DNA from: an uncultured Nitrospiraceae bacterium
GTDB taxonomy: Bacteria; Nitrospirota; Nitrospiria; Nitrospirales; Nitrospiraceae
Reading direction: 5' to 3'
DNA length: 64,000 nucleotides
Assembly (NCBI GenBank): GCA_963846575.1
Contig: CAWJWJ010000002.1
Coordinates: forward strand, 512,001 to 576,000
The first letter of the stretch is position 1, and every line of letters starts with the position of its first letter. The notes under the pieces are model-generated. The model was given only the letters and a program-made list of their open reading frames with translations, did no database searches and was not told where the DNA came from. Positions 39,626 to 52,531 of the stretch are shown here, piece by piece. Both the position numbers and the translations under genes were made by a program.

Positions 39626-39775
39626 ATGCGAGACATTATCGATTTGGCCTGTACGGTCTGCAAGCAGCGGAACTATACGACCCGCAAGAACAAGAAGAAT
39701 GATCCAGACCGGCTGGAGCGGAACAAGTTCTGTAAATTCTGCAGGAAGCACATAGCCCATAAAGAAGTGAAGTAG
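39626..39775 (+). CDS. rpmG: 50S protein L33 (Zn-ribbon form; below ORF-track cutoff)
   Basis: [49 protein letters not shown]. Confidence 0.97.
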   Translation: MRDIIDLACTVCKQRNYTTRKNKKNDPDRLERNKFCKFCRKHIAHKEVK

Positions 39776-39834
39776 TTCTTTCGTGCTGGGTGAGGGCATT
39801 GACCTCCGCTCGGCAGCGCTCATGTTCCGCATGG

Positions 39835-39909
39835 AGGGGCATGGTGTCAACGGCAGCACATCGGTCTCCAAAACCGAGAGTCTAGGTTCAAATCCTAGTG
39901 CCCCTGCCA
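39835..39909 (+). tRNA. tRNA-Trp(CCA)
   Basis: tcggt ctCCAaa accga; located between rpmG and secE. Confidence 0.95.
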
Positions 39910-40073
39910 AGCCGGCCGCCCATGATCGGCACAGGGATGGTCGTGGTTGCTAAAGTTGCTGATTTAGAGGTGGGGCCCTGTCCCTGGCGGATTGTCTTGG
40001 TTGCTGGCGCGGCGCAAAGCGATGGGTCGTGGCGGATGACGCGTCTGGATAGTTCCACGAGAGGATTGTAATC

Positions 40074-40268
40074 GTGTTTCAGCGAATGACCGCATCTGTT
40101 CGAGAGTTCATCGAGGGCGTCCACGGAGAATTGAAGAAAGTATCATTTCCGACGAAAGCGGAAACGATCGGCGCCACCACGGTTGTGATTGTATTTTGCA
40201 TCCTTATGTCCTTGTATCTGTCGATGATGGATTCCGTGCTCGGCTGGCTGATGCGCAAGGTCATTTAG
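40074..40268 (+). CDS. secE: Preprotein translocase SecE
   Basis: ELKKVSFPT plus one TM; synteny. Confidence 0.93.
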   Translation: MFQRMTASVREFIEGVHGELKKVSFPTKAETIGATTVVIVFCILMSLYLSMMDSVLGWLMRKVI

Positions 40269-40338
40269 TTGCGTCGTGCGGCTGGACAGGTCCGGCATTG
40301 CCCGGACGATATGATGCTGGATGTTCAGCTGAGAGGAG

Positions 40339-40881
40339 ATGATGAACAATAAGAACTGGTACGTCATCCACACCTATGCGGGCTTTGAGGGCCGCGTAAA
40401 GACCAGTCTCCTTGAGCGCGCAAATCAAATGGGGCTCACTGAGCGGCTGGGGCAGGTCTTGGTGCCGACGGAGGATGTGATTGAAATCAAGGATGGCAAG
40501 CGACGGACTTCTCGACGGAAGTTCTTCCCCGGTTATGTTTTGATCGAATTAGAGTCGCCGCTGGCAGACGAAACACTGCAGATGATCAAGGAGACCCCGA
40601 AGGTGACGGGGTTTGTCGGCGGCGGTGCCCAGCCAACGCCTCTTTCGTCTGAAGAAGTCGATTCTTTGCTGAAGCAGGTGGATGCCGGTGCGGCCGGTCC
40701 GCGCGAGCAGGTTCGCTTCATCAAGGGTGACAATGTCCGAATTGTGGACGGTCCGTTTCTGGGTTTCAATGGCGCCGTGGATGAGGTGGATGCGGATCAT
40801 AGCCGCGTCAAGGTCTTTGTGAGTATCTTCGGCCGGTCCACGCCGGTCGAGCTTGGGTTCTTGCAGGTTGAGCGTATTTGA
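40339..40881 (+). CDS. nusG: Transcription factor NusG
   Basis: WYVIHTYAG, FPGYVL, KOW motif. Confidence 0.98.
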   Translation: MMNNKNWYVIHTYAGFEGRVKTSLLERANQMGLTERLGQVLVPTEDVIEIKDGKRRTSRRKFFPGYVLIELESPLADETLQMIKETPKVTGFVGGGAQPTPLSSEEVDSLLKQVDAGAAGPREQVRFIKGDNVRIVDGPFLGFNGAVDEVDADHSRVKVFVSIFGRSTPVELGFLQVERI

Positions 40882-40955
40882 GGTCATTGGATTGGCGGAG
40901 TTGGATGAGAATCGCTCTCAGCCTGCCCTAGTCCGCAGTTCTCAGGGAGTAACTC

Positions 40956-41378
40956 ATGGCTAAGGAAGTTTCGGCACAGATAAAATTGCAGATCCCCGCT
41001 GGCAAGGCCAATCCTGCGCCCCCTGTCGGCCCGTCGCTGGGACAGCACGGCGTAAATATCATGGAATTCTGCAAGCAGTTCAATGCGAAAACGCAGAAGG
41101 ACGGGGACAGCATCATCCCGGTGATTATCACGGTCTATAAAGACCGCAGCTTTACCTTCATCATGAAGACGCCCCCGGCTTCTGATTTGCTCAAGAAGGC
41201 TGCCGGCATCATAAAGGGCTCTGGGGTGCCGCATAAGGACAAGGTGGGGAAGGTCAGCCAGGACCAAGTTCGTGAGATTGCGCAAAAGAAATTGTCCGAT
41301 CTGAACGCGGCGGACCTGGAGGGTGCCATCAAGATTATCCAAGGCACTGCGCGCAGTATGGGCATTGCCATCCAGTAA
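40956..41378 (+). CDS. rplK: 50S protein L11
   Basis: ANPAPPVGP. Confidence 0.99.
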   Translation: MAKEVSAQIKLQIPAGKANPAPPVGPSLGQHGVNIMEFCKQFNAKTQKDGDSIIPVIITVYKDRSFTFIMKTPPASDLLKKAAGIIKGSGVPHKDKVGKVSQDQVREIAQKKLSDLNAADLEGAIKIIQGTARSMGIAIQ

Positions 41379-41422
41379 GTCTGTGCAGAGTGAACCTCCG
41401 GCGGATGTGAAGGAGTAGTAGT

Positions 41423-42115
41423 ATGGGAAAGAAGATGGCCGCGGCTCAGGAAAAGCTCGAGCCCAGGTTTTATGGATTGAAAGAGGCGGTTGAGGCCGTC
41501 AAGCAGGCGGCGTTCGCCAAGTACGATGAATCAGTTGACCTGGCGATCCGCCTAGGGGTCGATCCGAAGCGCTCGGACCAGATGGTCCGTGGAACCACTG
41601 CCTTGCCGCACGGAACCGGAAAGAAGCTCCGCGTCCTGGTGTTCGCTAAGGGCGAGAAGGAGCAGGAGGCTCGACAGGCAGGTGCTGATTTCGTGGGGTC
41701 TGATGACTTGATGGAGAAGATCAAGGGCGGATGGATGGAATTCGATTGCGCTATTTCGACGCCTGACCTCATGGCGTCCGTCGGCAAGCTCGGAAAGGTG
41801 CTGGGGCCTCGCGGCCTGATGCCGAATCCGAAAACCGGTACCGTGACATTCGAGGTGGGCAAGGCCGTGAGCGAGATCCGCAAGGGACGTGTGGAGTTTA
41901 AGGTCGAAAAGGCGGGGATTGTGCAGGTGCCGGTGGGAAAGGTGTCGTTTGATGCCCAAAAGCTGTACGACAACGCTCATGCGGTGCTGGAGTCTGTTGT
42001 GAAGGCAAAGCCCTCCTCCTGTAAGGGGCGCTATCTCAAGAGTGTGACGATGTCGAGCACCATGGGGCCGGGGGTAAAGCTGGATCCTGTGGCCTTGTCG
42101 AAGTTGTGGAGTTGA
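41423..42115 (+). CDS. rplA: 50S protein L1
   Basis: [11 protein letters not shown]. Confidence 0.99.
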   Translation: MGKKMAAAQEKLEPRFYGLKEAVEAVKQAAFAKYDESVDLAIRLGVDPKRSDQMVRGTTALPHGTGKKLRVLVFAKGEKEQEARQAGADFVGSDDLMEKIKGGWMEFDCAISTPDLMASVGKLGKVLGPRGLMPNPKTGTVTFEVGKAVSEIRKGRVEFKVEKAGIVQVPVGKVSFDAQKLYDNAHAVLESVVKAKPSSCKGRYLKSVTMSSTMGPGVKLDPVALSKLWS

Positions 42116-42146
42116 GAACAGTCAGGTTCTCAGTAAGGGGAAAGGC

Positions 42147-43082
42147 ATGAAGAAAGAAGAGAAGGCAACAGCGATCGGTGAATTGACGGAAAAATTCGGT
42201 CGCGCCCGCTTGGCTATTCTGACGGAATGCGCCGGAATGCCCGTCAATCAGATGACCGAGTTGCGCAGGCAGTTGCGCGGAGCCAAGGCAGAATACTGCG
42301 TGATCAAGAATACCCTGGCCGTGCGCGCGTCGGCCGGTACGATCCTCGCGGATGCCAAGCCCCATTTCAAGGGACCGACGGGCCTGGTGATCGGGTATGA
42401 CGATCCGGTGCTTCCGGCGAAAATTTTGCGGGACTTTATTCTGGCCGAGAAGCGAAGCGAGAAGATCAAAATCACCGTCGGAGTGCTTGAAGGTAAGCTT
42501 GTGCAGCCAGCGGAACTCGCGGCGATTGCGCAGTTGCCCAAGAGGGAAGTGCTGATTGCCATGCTGCTATCGGCCATGCAGGGTCCGATTCGCGGCGTGG
42601 TGTACGCGTTAAGCGGAGTGTTGAGCAAGTTCGTACGAGTCATTGCAGCCATTCAGGATAAAAAGAAAGGGGAGGGCGACATGTCAGCAGCAGCAGGAAC
42701 GAAATTGTCACAAGATGAAATGATCAAGGCAATTGAGGGTATGAGCGTGTTGGAATTGGCCGACCTGGTCAAGGGATTGGAGACACGTTTTGGGGTGACG
42801 GCAGCGGCCCCGATGGCCATGGCAGCACCGGCCGGCGGTGGAGCGGCGGCAGCTCCCGCAGAGGAAAAGACGTCCTTTGACGTGATTTTGGTCAGTGCTC
42901 CGGCGGACAAGAAGATTCAAGTCATCAAGGTCGTGCGCGAGCTCACCAGTCTCGGTCTCAAGGAAGCGAAGGACTTGGTCGAAGGTGCGCCGAAGCCCGT
43001 CAAGGCCGGTGTTACAAAGGAAGAGTCAGACGCCATGAAGAAGAAGCTCGAAGAAAGCGGTGCCAAGGTCGAAATCAAGTAA
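42147..43082 (+). CDS. rplJ: In-frame L10-L7/L12 fusion ORF (178 aa L10 + 133 aa L12)
   Basis: L10 (VIKNTL, FKGPTG) runs with no stop codon into L12. Confidence 0.93.
   Translation: MKKEEKATAIGELTEKFGRARLAILTECAGMPVNQMTELRRQLRGAKAEYCVIKNTLAVRASAGTILADAKPHFKGPTGLVIGYDDPVLPAKILRDFILAEKRSEKIKITVGVLEGKLVQPAELAAIAQLPKREVLIAMLLSAMQGPIRGVVYALSGVLSKFVRVIAAIQDKKKGEGDMSAAAGTKLSQDEMIKAIEGMSVLELADLVKGLETRFGVTAAAPMAMAAPAGGGAAAAPAEEKTSFDVILVSAPADKKIQVIKVVRELTSLGLKEAKDLVEGAPKPVKAGVTKEESDAMKKKLEESGAKVEIK
42681..43082 (+). CDS. rplL: 50S protein L7/L12, probable internal start within the fusion ORF
   Basis: AAGGGGAGGG SD-like sequence immediately before ATG 42681; [19 protein letters not shown]. Confidence 0.85.
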   Translation: MSAAAGTKLSQDEMIKAIEGMSVLELADLVKGLETRFGVTAAAPMAMAAPAGGGAAAAPAEEKTSFDVILVSAPADKKIQVIKVVRELTSLGLKEAKDLVEGAPKPVKAGVTKEESDAMKKKLEESGAKVEIK

Positions 43083-43166
43083 TTCTGCGCTGATCTGCGG
43101 TGTGCGGGGTTGTCCGGTGGGATGGCGCGATGCCGTCATCTCCTTATGAGCTTGGAGGGCTAACGA

Positions 43167-46100
43167 ATGTCGGAATCGACTCTTTCGGAGTTTGTCGAAC
43201 GCAAAGATTTTTCTCGGATTCGTACGAGCATCGACATTCCCGATCTCATTGAGATCCAGAAGCGGTCCTACGAGGAATTCCTCCAGATGGAGGTCGAACC
43301 GGATCGTCGCAAGGATCAAGGGTTGCAAGCCGCGTTGGCCAGCGTCTTTCCCATTACGGATTACAACAACACCGCGGCGCTCGAGTTCTCCAATTATTCT
43401 TTGGGGACCCCGAAATACGACGAGCGGGAATGTCTTGAGCAGGGGATGACCTATGCCGTTCCCTTGAAATTGCGGGTTCGGCTGATTGTGTTCGACAAGG
43501 AAGACAAGGGGCCGAAAAAGAAAGTCCTCGACGTCCGGGAGCAAGAGGTCTACGTCGGGGAGCTTCCCCTCATGACCGAGCGCGGCACGTTTCTGATTAA
43601 CGGCACCGAGCGAGTGGTGGTCAGTCAGTTGCACCGCTCGCCTGGCGCATCGTTTACCCATGATAAGGGGCGGACACACGCCAGCGGAAAGGTATTGTTC
43701 TCCGCACGGATCATTCCGTATCGTGGATCTTGGCTCGATTTCGAATTCGATGCTCGGGATATCCTATATGTTCGAATCGATCGACGCCGGAAGATGCCGG
43801 CCACCATCCTGCTGAAGGCTTTCGGCTATAGCACGGATGACTTGCTGCGCATGTATTATCCGGTGGAGGAGATACGTGTTTCCAAAGGGAAACTTTATCG
43901 AAAGCTCGATGCTGAAATCCATCATGGCTTGAAGTGTACGACGGAAGTGACGGAGAAAGGCGGGAAGGAACCTCTCGTCCGCGAAGGCGCCAAGCTGACG
44001 AAGGTTTTGATCGCCAAGCTCAAGGCGGCCGGAATCAAGGAGATTCCTGTGACCCCGGCCGAACTCGTCGGGCGTGCGGTCCTGACGGAGCTCGTAGATG
44101 CTGGCAAGAAGCAGTCGTTGGCCGAAAAGAATCAGCGTCTCACCGAAGAGATTCTGGAGAAGATACTGGACAGCGACATCGATGAATTCAAGGTCATTTA
44201 CCTGGATACGACGAATGCCACCCTCGTCATCCTCGACACCCTGGATATGGAGCATACCGTCTCGAAGGAAGAGGCGATGGTGGAGATTTATCGCCGTCTT
44301 CGGCCGGGCGAGACGCCCTCTGTGGAGACCGCGCGAGCTCTGTTCGACAATCTGTTTCTAAGTCCCAAGCGGTATGATTTGTCGCCGGTCGGTCGGTTGA
44401 AGCTTAATAAGAAGTTGGGCCTCGATTTTGCGCTCGAACAGCGAACCTTGACTGCTCAAGACATCGTGGAAGTCGTGCGCTATCTTGTGAATCTGAAAAT
44501 TGGTCGCGGTGAGATCGACGACATCGACCATTTGGGTAACCGCCGCGTACGGTCCGTCGGCGAATTGCTGGAGAATCAGTTCCGACTTGGTCTCGTTCGA
44601 ATGGAGCGGAGCATCAAGGAGCGTATGAATCTCCTGGACATGGAGACGGTGCTGCCCCATGACCTCATCAACGCTAAGCCGGTCGTGGCGGCGGTGAAGG
44701 AGTTTTTCAGCAGCAGTCAGCTGTCCCAGTTCATGGATCAAACCAATCCCCTGGCTGAAATCACGCACAAGAGGCGCCTCTCGGCCCTTGGGCCGGGTGG
44801 TTTAACGCGCGAGCGTGCCGGTTTCGAAGTGCGAGACGTGCATCCTTCCCATTACAGCCGTATCTGTCCGATCGAAACGCCGGAAGGCCCGAACATCGGC
44901 CTCATTACCTCACTGGCCACCTATGCGCGTATCAACGAATTCGGTTTCATCGAGGCGCCCTACCGGAAGGTGATCAAAGGCCGGGTCAGCGATGAGTTGG
45001 AATACCTCTCGGCGATCGAGGGTGACAAGTATGTGATTGCGCAAGCCAATTCAAAGGTCGATACGGCTGGACGACTCGTTTCCGAGACAGTATCGGCCCG
45101 ATCAGGAGGGGATTTCATTACGGCCACGCCGGATAAAGTGGAATACATGGATGTCTCCCCGAAGCAGGTCGTCAGCGTGGCCACGGCACTGGTACCGTTC
45201 CTTGAGCACGACGATGCCAACCGCGCCTTGATGGGTTCCAACATGCAGCGACAAGCGGTCCCTCTCCTCAAGGCGGAATCGCCGTTGGTGGGAACGGGTA
45301 TGGAAGCCGTCGTCGCGCGCGATTCTGGTTATGTTGTGCAGGCCAAGCGTGAAGGTGTAGTCGAAAGTGTCGATGCCACGAGAATCGTGGTGCGTGCGGA
45401 TTCCAAGGAAGGGCGCAAACGAAACGATGCCGGTCTCGATGTCTATGAGATGATCAAGTTCCAGCGGTCCAACCAGAATACTTGCATTACTCAAACCCCA
45501 GTAGTCCGGGTTGGAGAGCCTGTCAAGAAGGGGCAAGTACTCGCGGATGGCCCGGCCATTGATCACGGAGAACTCGCGCTCGGCAAGAACGTGCTTGTCG
45601 CGTTCATGCCCTGGGGCGGATATAACTTCGAAGACGCCATTCTTCTCAGCGAGAAGCTGGTGCGGGAAGACGCGTTCACCTCCATTCACATCGAAGAGTT
45701 CGAGGTGGAGGCGCGCGATACGAAGTTAGGGAAGGAAGATATCACGCGCGATATTCCTAATGTCGGCGAGGAAGCGCTTCGAGATCTGGACGAGAGCGGA
45801 ATTATCCGGATTGGTGCGGAAGTCAAGCCTGGCGACATCCTGGTTGGTAAGGTGACGCCGAAGGGCGAAACCCAACTGACGCCGGAAGAGAAATTGTTGC
45901 GCGCAATTTTTGGTGAAAAGGCCGGGGACGTCAAGGATACCTCTCTCACGGTTCCCCCTGGCGTGGAAGGCATTGTCGTCGACGTGAAGATCTTCTCTCG
46001 CAAAGGTTTGGACAAGGACGAACGGTCCAAGAGCATCGAGAGCGAAGATCACATGAAGCTGCAGCGCGACCATCAGGAAGAGCTGCGGATTATCGAAGAC

Positions 46101-47126
46101 GAGAAGACGAAAAAAGTCCGCAAGCTGTTACTCGGGAAAGTGGTCGGTCGGGATCTGATGGATCCTGAGACTGGCGACGTCATCCTGAAAAAGAAGGGCA
46201 AGTTAACTGCCGAAATACTCAAGCGCTTGCCGGACGACATGGTTCGACACATCATTCTCAGTGATCCTGATGAGCAGAAGGAGCTGGAAGATGTGGAGCG
46301 CCGGGCCAAGGAGCAGATCGAAATTCTTCAGACCTTGTACGATGAGAAGGTTGGTCGGCTGAGGAGAGGTGACGAACTTCCTCCCGGGGTAATCAAGCTC
46401 GTTAAGGTCTACATCGCGATGAAGCGGAAGATTCAGGTCGGCGATAAGATGGCCGGACGCCACGGGAACAAAGGCGTGGTGTCGCGAGTGCTGCCGGAAG
46501 AGGATATGCCGTACTTGCCGGACGGGACGCCGGTGGAAATCGTTTTGAATCCGTTGGGCGTGCCGTCTCGTATGAACGTGGGCCAGATTTTGGAGACTCA
46601 CTTGGGCTGGGCGGCGCGCGCATTGGGCATCAAGGTGGCAAGCCCTGTGTTCGACGGTGCGTCGGAGAAGGAAATCAAGGAACTGCTGAAAAAGGCAAAG
46701 ATTTCTCCTAGTGGGCAAACGATGTTGATGGATGGCCGCACAGGCGAATCGTTCAGCAGTCCCGTGACGGTTGGATATATGTATGTGCTGAAGTTGCATC
46801 ATTTGGTCGATGATAAGATTCACGCCCGGTCCATTGGTCCCTACTCCCTCGTGACCCAGCAGCCGCTGGGAGGGAAAGCGCAATTCGGCGGTCAGCGTTT
46901 GGGAGAGATGGAGGTCTGGGCACTGCAGGCGTATGGAGCCGCCTCTATCCTGCAGGAATTCCTGACCGTGAAATCCGACGACGTGCCGGGACGTTCGCGT
47001 ATGTATGAAGCGATTGTAAAGGGGGAGCCGTTCCTGGAACCTGGATTGCCGGAATCGTTCAACGTGTTAGTCAAAGAGCTGCAGAGTCTGGGGCTCGATG
47101 TCGAGCTGGTTAAATCGAAGGACTGA
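43167..47126 (+). CDS. rpoB: RNA polymerase beta subunit
   Basis: [12 protein letters not shown] and other conserved motifs. Confidence 0.99.
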   Translation: MSESTLSEFVERKDFSRIRTSIDIPDLIEIQKRSYEEFLQMEVEPDRRKDQGLQAALASVFPITDYNNTAALEFSNYSLGTPKYDERECLEQGMTYAVPLKLRVRLIVFDKEDKGPKKKVLDVREQEVYVGELPLMTERGTFLINGTERVVVSQLHRSPGASFTHDKGRTHASGKVLFSARIIPYRGSWLDFEFDARDILYVRIDRRRKMPATILLKAFGYSTDDLLRMYYPVEEIRVSKGKLYRKLDAEIHHGLKCTTEVTEKGGKEPLVREGAKLTKVLIAKLKAAGIKEIPVTPAELVGRAVLTELVDAGKKQSLAEKNQRLTEEILEKILDSDIDEFKVIYLDTTNATLVILDTLDMEHTVSKEEAMVEIYRRLRPGETPSVETARALFDNLFLSPKRYDLSPVGRLKLNKKLGLDFALEQRTLTAQDIVEVVRYLVNLKIGRGEIDDIDHLGNRRVRSVGELLENQFRLGLVRMERSIKERMNLLDMETVLPHDLINAKPVVAAVKEFFSSSQLSQFMDQTNPLAEITHKRRLSALGPGGLTRERAGFEVRDVHPSHYSRICPIETPEGPNIGLITSLATYARINEFGFIEAPYRKVIKGRVSDELEYLSAIEGDKYVIAQANSKVDTAGRLVSETVSARSGGDFITATPDKVEYMDVSPKQVVSVATALVPFLEHDDANRALMGSNMQRQAVPLLKAESPLVGTGMEAVVARDSGYVVQAKREGVVESVDATRIVVRADSKEGRKRNDAGLDVYEMIKFQRSNQNTCITQTPVVRVGEPVKKGQVLADGPAIDHGELALGKNVLVAFMPWGGYNFEDAILLSEKLVREDAFTSIHIEEFEVEARDTKLGKEDITRDIPNVGEEALRDLDESGIIRIGAEVKPGDILVGKVTPKGETQLTPEEKLLRAIFGEKAGDVKDTSLTVPPGVEGIVVDVKIFSRKGLDKDERSKSIESEDHMKLQRDHQEELRIIEDEKTKKVRKLLLGKVVGRDLMDPETGDVILKKKGKLTAEILKRLPDDMVRHIILSDPDEQKELEDVERRAKEQIEILQTLYDEKVGRLRRGDELPPGVIKLVKVYIAMKRKIQVGDKMAGRHGNKGVVSRVLPEEDMPYLPDGTPVEIVLNPLGVPSRMNVGQILETHLGWAARALGIKVASPVFDGASEKEIKELLKKAKISPSGQTMLMDGRTGESFSSPVTVGYMYVLKLHHLVDDKIHARSIGPYSLVTQQPLGGKAQFGGQRLGEMEVWALQAYGAASILQEFLTVKSDDVPGRSRMYEAIVKGEPFLEPGLPESFNVLVKELQSLGLDVELVKSKD

Positions 47127-47210
47127 TTCTAGTGCTGAGTGTCCATGCCCTATACGAATTACCTCACCACTTAGAACTGCGCTCAGGCGACCGTTAAGGA
47201 GGGATCAACC

Positions 47211-50200
47211 TTGGAAGGTGTATACACATTATTCGAAAAACCGCGGGACTCGGTGTCGTTCGACTCGATGCGAATTCGCATTGCGTCGCCCGAAAAAATC
47301 CGATCGTGGTCTTATGGCGAGGTCAAGAAGCCGGAAACGATCAATTATCGATCCTTCAAGCCTGAAAAGGACGGGTTGTTCTGCGCCAAGATCTTCGGCC
47401 CGATCAAGGACTGGGAATGCAATTGCGGTAAATATAAACGCATGAAGCATCGCGGTATCGTGTGCGACAAGTGCGGTGTGGAAGTCATTCAGTCCAAGGT
47501 GCGTCGCGAACGGATGGGGCACATCGAATTGGCTGCGCCGGTGGCGCATATCTGGTTCCTCAAAGGTGTCCCGAGTCGCATCGGAACCCTGTTGGACATG
47601 AGCCTCAAGCAGCTCGAGAAGATATTGTACTTTGAGAGCTACGTCATGGTCGATCCGGGCTCCACGAGCATGAGCGAGCAAGAGCTGGTGACGGAGGAAA
47701 AGCTCCGGGAGTTGCAGTCCGAGTATGGAAGCGGCGCTTTCAAGATCGGAATCGGGGCTGAGGCTATCCGTGAGCTGCTGCGCAAGGTGGACATCAATAC
47801 GCAATGGGATGAGTTGCATGTCAAGGCAAAAGCCTCGGCGTCTGCGGCATTGAAGAAAAAATATGCCAAGCGTTTGAAGGTGCTGGAAGCATTCCGCCGT
47901 TCGGGCAACAAGCCGGAATGGATGATCATGGACGTCATCCCGGTCTTGCCGCCGGAACTCCGTCCGCTTGTGCCCTTGGATGGGGGTCGGTTTGCGACCT
48001 CCGACCTCAACGATCTCTATCGTCGCGTGATCAATCGGAACAATCGTTTGAAGCGCTTGATCGAATTAAAAGCGCCCGGCGTCATCATTCGCAATGAAAT
48101 GCGCATGTTGCAGGAGGCGGTGGACGCCCTGTTCGACAACGGCCGCCGCGGCCGTGCGATTCGTGGGCCAAACAAGCGTCCGCTGAAGTCGCTGAGCGAT
48201 ATGTTGAAGGGTAAGCAGGGACGATTCCGTCAGAACCTTCTGGGTAAACGCGTCGACTACTCGGGCCGGACCGTCATCGTCGTCGGACCGGAGTTGCGAT
48301 TACACCAATGCGGCTTGCCCAAGAAAATGGCATTGGAATTGTTCAAGCCCTTCATTTTTCATAAGCTCGAAGAGCGGGGCGCAGCCACGACAATCAAGAG
48401 CGCGAAACGACTGGTCGAGAAAGAGCGGCCCGAGGTTTGGGATGTGCTGGACGAAGTTATTCGCGAACACCCCGTTTTGCTCAATCGTGCGCCGACACTG
48501 CACCGTTTGGGTATTCAAGCGTTCGATCCTGTGTTGGTCGAAGGTAAGGCAATCCGGCTTCATCCGCTCGTCTGCGCTGCGTTCAACGCCGACTTTGACG
48601 GTGACCAGATGGCCGTTCACGTGCCTTTGTCCGTGGAGGCCCAGGTCGAAGCACGCGTCTTAATGATGTCGATCAACAACATTCTTTCCCCTGCGAACGG
48701 CAAGCCGATTGCCGTACCATCCCAGGACATGGTCCTTGGCTGCTACTGGCTCACGAAGGAGCGAGTCGGCGCCAAAGGAGAAGGAAAGTTGTTCGGTTCC
48801 ACGGAGGAAGCAAGAATCGCCTATGATGCGGGTGCCCTGGATGAGCATGCACGGATCAAAGTCCGATGTAATGGCACGATGGTGCAAACGACCGCCGGCC
48901 GGGTCATCTTGTCTGAAATTCTCCCCACCATGATGCCCTTCGCCGATGCCAACAAGCTGATGACGAAGAAGGAAATGTCGAAACTCATCGACAACGTCTA
49001 TCGGCAGGCCGGGCATCGTGAGACGGTGACGTTTCTGGATAAAATCAAGGACCTTGGCTTCCACTATGCGACGAGGGCCGGAATGTCCATTTGCATCGAT
49101 AACATGCACATTCCGTCACGTAAGGAAGATCTCATCGGCAAGGCGCAGCATGAGGTTAACGAAATCGAGAAGCAGTACGCCGAAGGTCTGATCACCAACG
49201 GTGAGCGGTACAACAAAGTCATCGACATTTGGGCGCACGTCACCGAACAGGTGGCCAATGAGATGATGAAGGAACTGGGCGCCGGCGGAGATCCCGCCAA
49301 GGTCGAATCGTTCAATCCCATTTTCATGATGGCCGACTCGGGGGCGCGAGGAAGTTCACAGCAGATCCGTCAGCTTGGCGGTATGCGAGGACTGATGGCG
49401 AAACCGTCTGGCGAAATCATCGAGACTCCCATCACGGCCAATTTTCGTGAAGGGTTGACGGTGTTGCAGTATTTCATTTCGACGCACGGTGCTCGAAAGG
49501 GTTTGGCTGACACTGCATTGAAAACCGCCAATTCAGGCTACCTGACTCGTCGTTTGGTCGACATTGCGCAGGATGTCATCGTCACCGAGGAGGACTGCGG
49601 AACGACCGACGGGATCTTGGTCAGCGCTCTGCTTGAGGGCGGGGAAATCATCCAACCGTTGGAGGAGCGTCTTTTGGGGCGTCTCGCCGGCGAGGATATT
49701 CGAGATCCGGTGACCGGGGAAATTATCGTCTCCTTCAATGAAGAAATCGATGAAGAGCAGGCCAAAGCCGTGGTGGAGGCCGGTGTCGACCGCGTCAAGA
49801 TCCGTTCCGTGCTGACCTGTCAGTCTCCTCGCGGGGTCTGCCGACTGTGCTACGGTCGCGATTTGTCCCGCGGTCGTCTTGTGGAAAAGGGAGAACCGGT
49901 CGGAGTTATTGCCGCGCAATCAATTGGCGAACCAGGCACACAGTTGACCATGCGCACCTTCCACATCGGAGGTACTGCCAGCAAAGTGGTGGAGCAAACC
50001 GTGTTGGAGGCCAAGCATGCCGGTAGTCTGAAGTTCATGAGTTTGGACGCAAAGAAGAACGCGGACGTGCACAACGGCGGTATTGCGGTGAGGAATAAAG
50101 AGGGTGAGTGGGTCGTCATGAATCGCAACGCGAAAATTGCGATTGTCGACGACAGCGGTCGAGAGAGGGAAAAGTACCCGGTTGTCTACGGGGCGAAGAT

Positions 50201-51398
50201 CAAGGTTAAGGACGGGGACCGCATTGAGGTTGGCCAAAAGCTGGTCGAGTGGGACCCCTATTCCTTGACGATTCTCACGGAGACCGGCGGGAAGGTCGCC
50301 TACGGGGACATCCTCGAAGGCGTCACCATGAAGGAAGAGTTTGATGAAGTGACCGGCCTGTCACGGAAGGTCATCATCGAGCAGAGTGGTGCCACGCTGC
50401 GTCCGCGCGTGTCAATTAAGGATGACAGCGGCAAGACCGCCAAAGTCTCTGGATCGGGAGCGCCGGTGGCGCGCTATCTGTTGCCCGTGGGTGCGCATAT
50501 CTTTGTGGAAAAAGGCGCTATGGTCCACCCGGGCGATGTGTTGGCCAAAATCCCTCGTGAAACCACTAAGACGAAGGACATCACGGGTGGTCTTCCGCGT
50601 GTGGCAGAGTTGTTCGAGGCTCGCAAGCCGAAGGAGCAGGCGGTCATCAGCGAAATTGACGGAGAAGTGTCCTACGGCGGTTTCGTCAAGGGGATGCGAA
50701 AAGTTCTGGTCGATAACAAAATGGGGGATGTAAAAGAGTACTTTATCCCCAAGGGCAAGCACGTCAACGTGCATGAGGGTGACTGGGTGCGTGCCGGTGA
50801 GCCGCTGATGGATGGTTCCGCCAATCCTCACGACATTCTGGATGTGCTTGGTCCTAAAGAACTGCAGAAGTATCTTGTCGATGAAGTGCAGGACGTCTAC
50901 CGATTGCAAGGTGTGTCCATCAACGACAAGCATATTGAGATCATTGTGCGACAAATGCTACGGAAGGTTCGGATCGAAGATCCGGGCGATACGTCGTTCC
51001 TGCCTGGCAGCCAGGTCAGTAAGGGGCTGTTCGACGTCGAAAATCAGCGAGTGCTGGACAAGGACGGAAAGCCCGCGCTTGGAAAGCCAGTCCTGCTTGG
51101 TATCACCAAAGCTGCCTTGACCACGGATAGCTTTATTTCTGCGGCATCGTTCCAGGAGACCACTCGTGTATTGACCGAGGCCGCCATCAACGGACGAGAG
51201 GACAATCTTCTCGGATTGAAGGAAAATGTGATCGTTGGTCGCCTCATCCCAGCAGGAAGCGGATTCGAGGAGTACAGAGAGACCTTCGTCGCCAGTGCCA
51301 AACCTGCCGCTGAGCTTCAGGGAGGTCAAGTGCAACCCGTGGCAGTGGGGCAAGCACCGGCAGCTTCTACGGGAGCTGCAGGCGAAAATAATGAGTGA
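47211..51398 (+). CDS. rpoC: RNA polymerase beta' subunit
   Basis: NADFDGD; TTG start after AGGAGG. Confidence 0.99.
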   Translation: MEGVYTLFEKPRDSVSFDSMRIRIASPEKIRSWSYGEVKKPETINYRSFKPEKDGLFCAKIFGPIKDWECNCGKYKRMKHRGIVCDKCGVEVIQSKVRRERMGHIELAAPVAHIWFLKGVPSRIGTLLDMSLKQLEKILYFESYVMVDPGSTSMSEQELVTEEKLRELQSEYGSGAFKIGIGAEAIRELLRKVDINTQWDELHVKAKASASAALKKKYAKRLKVLEAFRRSGNKPEWMIMDVIPVLPPELRPLVPLDGGRFATSDLNDLYRRVINRNNRLKRLIELKAPGVIIRNEMRMLQEAVDALFDNGRRGRAIRGPNKRPLKSLSDMLKGKQGRFRQNLLGKRVDYSGRTVIVVGPELRLHQCGLPKKMALELFKPFIFHKLEERGAATTIKSAKRLVEKERPEVWDVLDEVIREHPVLLNRAPTLHRLGIQAFDPVLVEGKAIRLHPLVCAAFNADFDGDQMAVHVPLSVEAQVEARVLMMSINNILSPANGKPIAVPSQDMVLGCYWLTKERVGAKGEGKLFGSTEEARIAYDAGALDEHARIKVRCNGTMVQTTAGRVILSEILPTMMPFADANKLMTKKEMSKLIDNVYRQAGHRETVTFLDKIKDLGFHYATRAGMSICIDNMHIPSRKEDLIGKAQHEVNEIEKQYAEGLITNGERYNKVIDIWAHVTEQVANEMMKELGAGGDPAKVESFNPIFMMADSGARGSSQQIRQLGGMRGLMAKPSGEIIETPITANFREGLTVLQYFISTHGARKGLADTALKTANSGYLTRRLVDIAQDVIVTEEDCGTTDGILVSALLEGGEIIQPLEERLLGRLAGEDIRDPVTGEIIVSFNEEIDEEQAKAVVEAGVDRVKIRSVLTCQSPRGVCRLCYGRDLSRGRLVEKGEPVGVIAAQSIGEPGTQLTMRTFHIGGTASKVVEQTVLEAKHAGSLKFMSLDAKKNADVHNGGIAVRNKEGEWVVMNRNAKIAIVDDSGREREKYPVVYGAKIKVKDGDRIEVGQKLVEWDPYSLTILTETGGKVAYGDILEGVTMKEEFDEVTGLSRKVIIEQSGATLRPRVSIKDDSGKTAKVSGSGAPVARYLLPVGAHIFVEKGAMVHPGDVLAKIPRETTKTKDITGGLPRVAELFEARKPKEQAVISEIDGEVSYGGFVKGMRKVLVDNKMGDVKEYFIPKGKHVNVHEGDWVRAGEPLMDGSANPHDILDVLGPKELQKYLVDEVQDVYRLQGVSINDKHIEIIVRQMLRKVRIEDPGDTSFLPGSQVSKGLFDVENQRVLDKDGKPALGKPVLLGITKAALTTDSFISAASFQETTRVLTEAAINGREDNLLGLKENVIVGRLIPAGSGFEEYRETFVASAKPAAELQGGQVQPVAVGQAPAASTGAAGENNE

Positions 51399-51413
51399 AT
51401 TAACAGAAGCTTC

Positions 51414-51442
51414 TTGACATAAGTAGTGATGGTCTCTATAAT
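51414..51442 (+). promoter_or_regulatory. Consensus sigma70 promoter of str operon
   Basis: TTGACA-17 bp-TATAAT, perfect match. Confidence 0.88.
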
Positions 51443-51505
51443 CCGACGGCTTCGCTCATGAACATATTCAGCAACCGATTGTTTTATCGAGAAAGAGTAT
51501 AGTGC

Positions 51506-51877
51506 ATGCCAACGATTAATCAGCTTGTGCGAAAGGGTCGGACGCTCGTCAAGTCGAAAACCAAGAGCCCGGCGCTTAAGCGCTGCCCGCAAAAGCGCGG
51601 AGTCTGTCTTCGCGTATACACTACGACTCCGAAAAAGCCGAACTCGGCTCTCCGGAAGGTGGCTCGCGTGCGGCTGACGAACGGCATGGAAGTGACCACT
51701 TACATACCTGGCGTTGGCCACAACCTGCAGGAGCATTCGATTGTTCTGGTTCGCGGCGGTCGAGTCAAGGACTTGCCTGGTGTGAGGTATCACATTGTGC
51801 GTGGTTCTCTCGACGCTGTGGGCGTTGCCGATCGGAAACAGGCGCGTTCTAAGTACGGAGCCAAGCGGCCCAAATAG
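51506..51877 (+). CDS. rpsL: 30S protein S12
   Basis: [11 protein letters not shown]. Confidence 0.99.
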   Translation: MPTINQLVRKGRTLVKSKTKSPALKRCPQKRGVCLRVYTTTPKKPNSALRKVARVRLTNGMEVTTYIPGVGHNLQEHSIVLVRGGRVKDLPGVRYHIVRGSLDAVGVADRKQARSKYGAKRPK

Positions 51878-51936
51878 CATGATTGTGTCATTGCGCCTGT
51901 GCGCAGTGGAAACTGAATTCACTTTATAGGATAACG

Positions 51937-52410
51937 ATGCCACGCGGACAATTTTTCGGCCATCGAGAAGCGCAGCCAGATTCGAAGTATCGTGACAAGC
52001 TCGTAGGAAAATTCCTGAACGTTCTTATGGGCGGAGGGAAGAAGAGTACCGCGGAGCGTATCTGTTACGGTGCATTTGACTTGATTCAGGAGAAGACCAG
52101 CGGTGGTGACCCGATGAAGATCTTCAAGTCGGCAATCGACAATGTGAAGCCGGTTGTGGAGGTCAAGTCGCGTCGGGTTGGTGGTGCTTCGTACCAGGTT
52201 CCTGTCGAGATCCGTCCGTCACGCAGGGTCTCATTGGCTCTGAGGTGGATCACTGAATATTCGCGTTCCCGGGGAGGGAAGAGTATGCAGGATCGTCTCG
52301 CGGCTGAACTGCTTGATGCTTCGAACAATACTGGTGCCTCGGTAAAGAAGCGTGAGGACGTGCATCGGATGGCCGAGGCTAACAAGGCTTTCGCTCATTA
52401 TCGTTGGTAG
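51937..52410 (+). CDS. rpsG: 30S protein S7
   Basis: [11 protein letters not shown]. Confidence 0.98.
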   Translation: MPRGQFFGHREAQPDSKYRDKLVGKFLNVLMGGGKKSTAERICYGAFDLIQEKTSGGDPMKIFKSAIDNVKPVVEVKSRRVGGASYQVPVEIRPSRRVSLALRWITEYSRSRGGKSMQDRLAAELLDASNNTGASVKKREDVHRMAEANKAFAHYRW

Positions 52411-52531
52411 GTAGTTGATATCGTGTCGTGCTGCTGTTGAGCCGGGCTGCGACGGTGCTGTGTAGGCACCCATATCGCGGCGGAAGGTTTGCGGCTCGGA
52501 TGGCGGCACGTTCGTTTTTTCTGGGGGAGTT

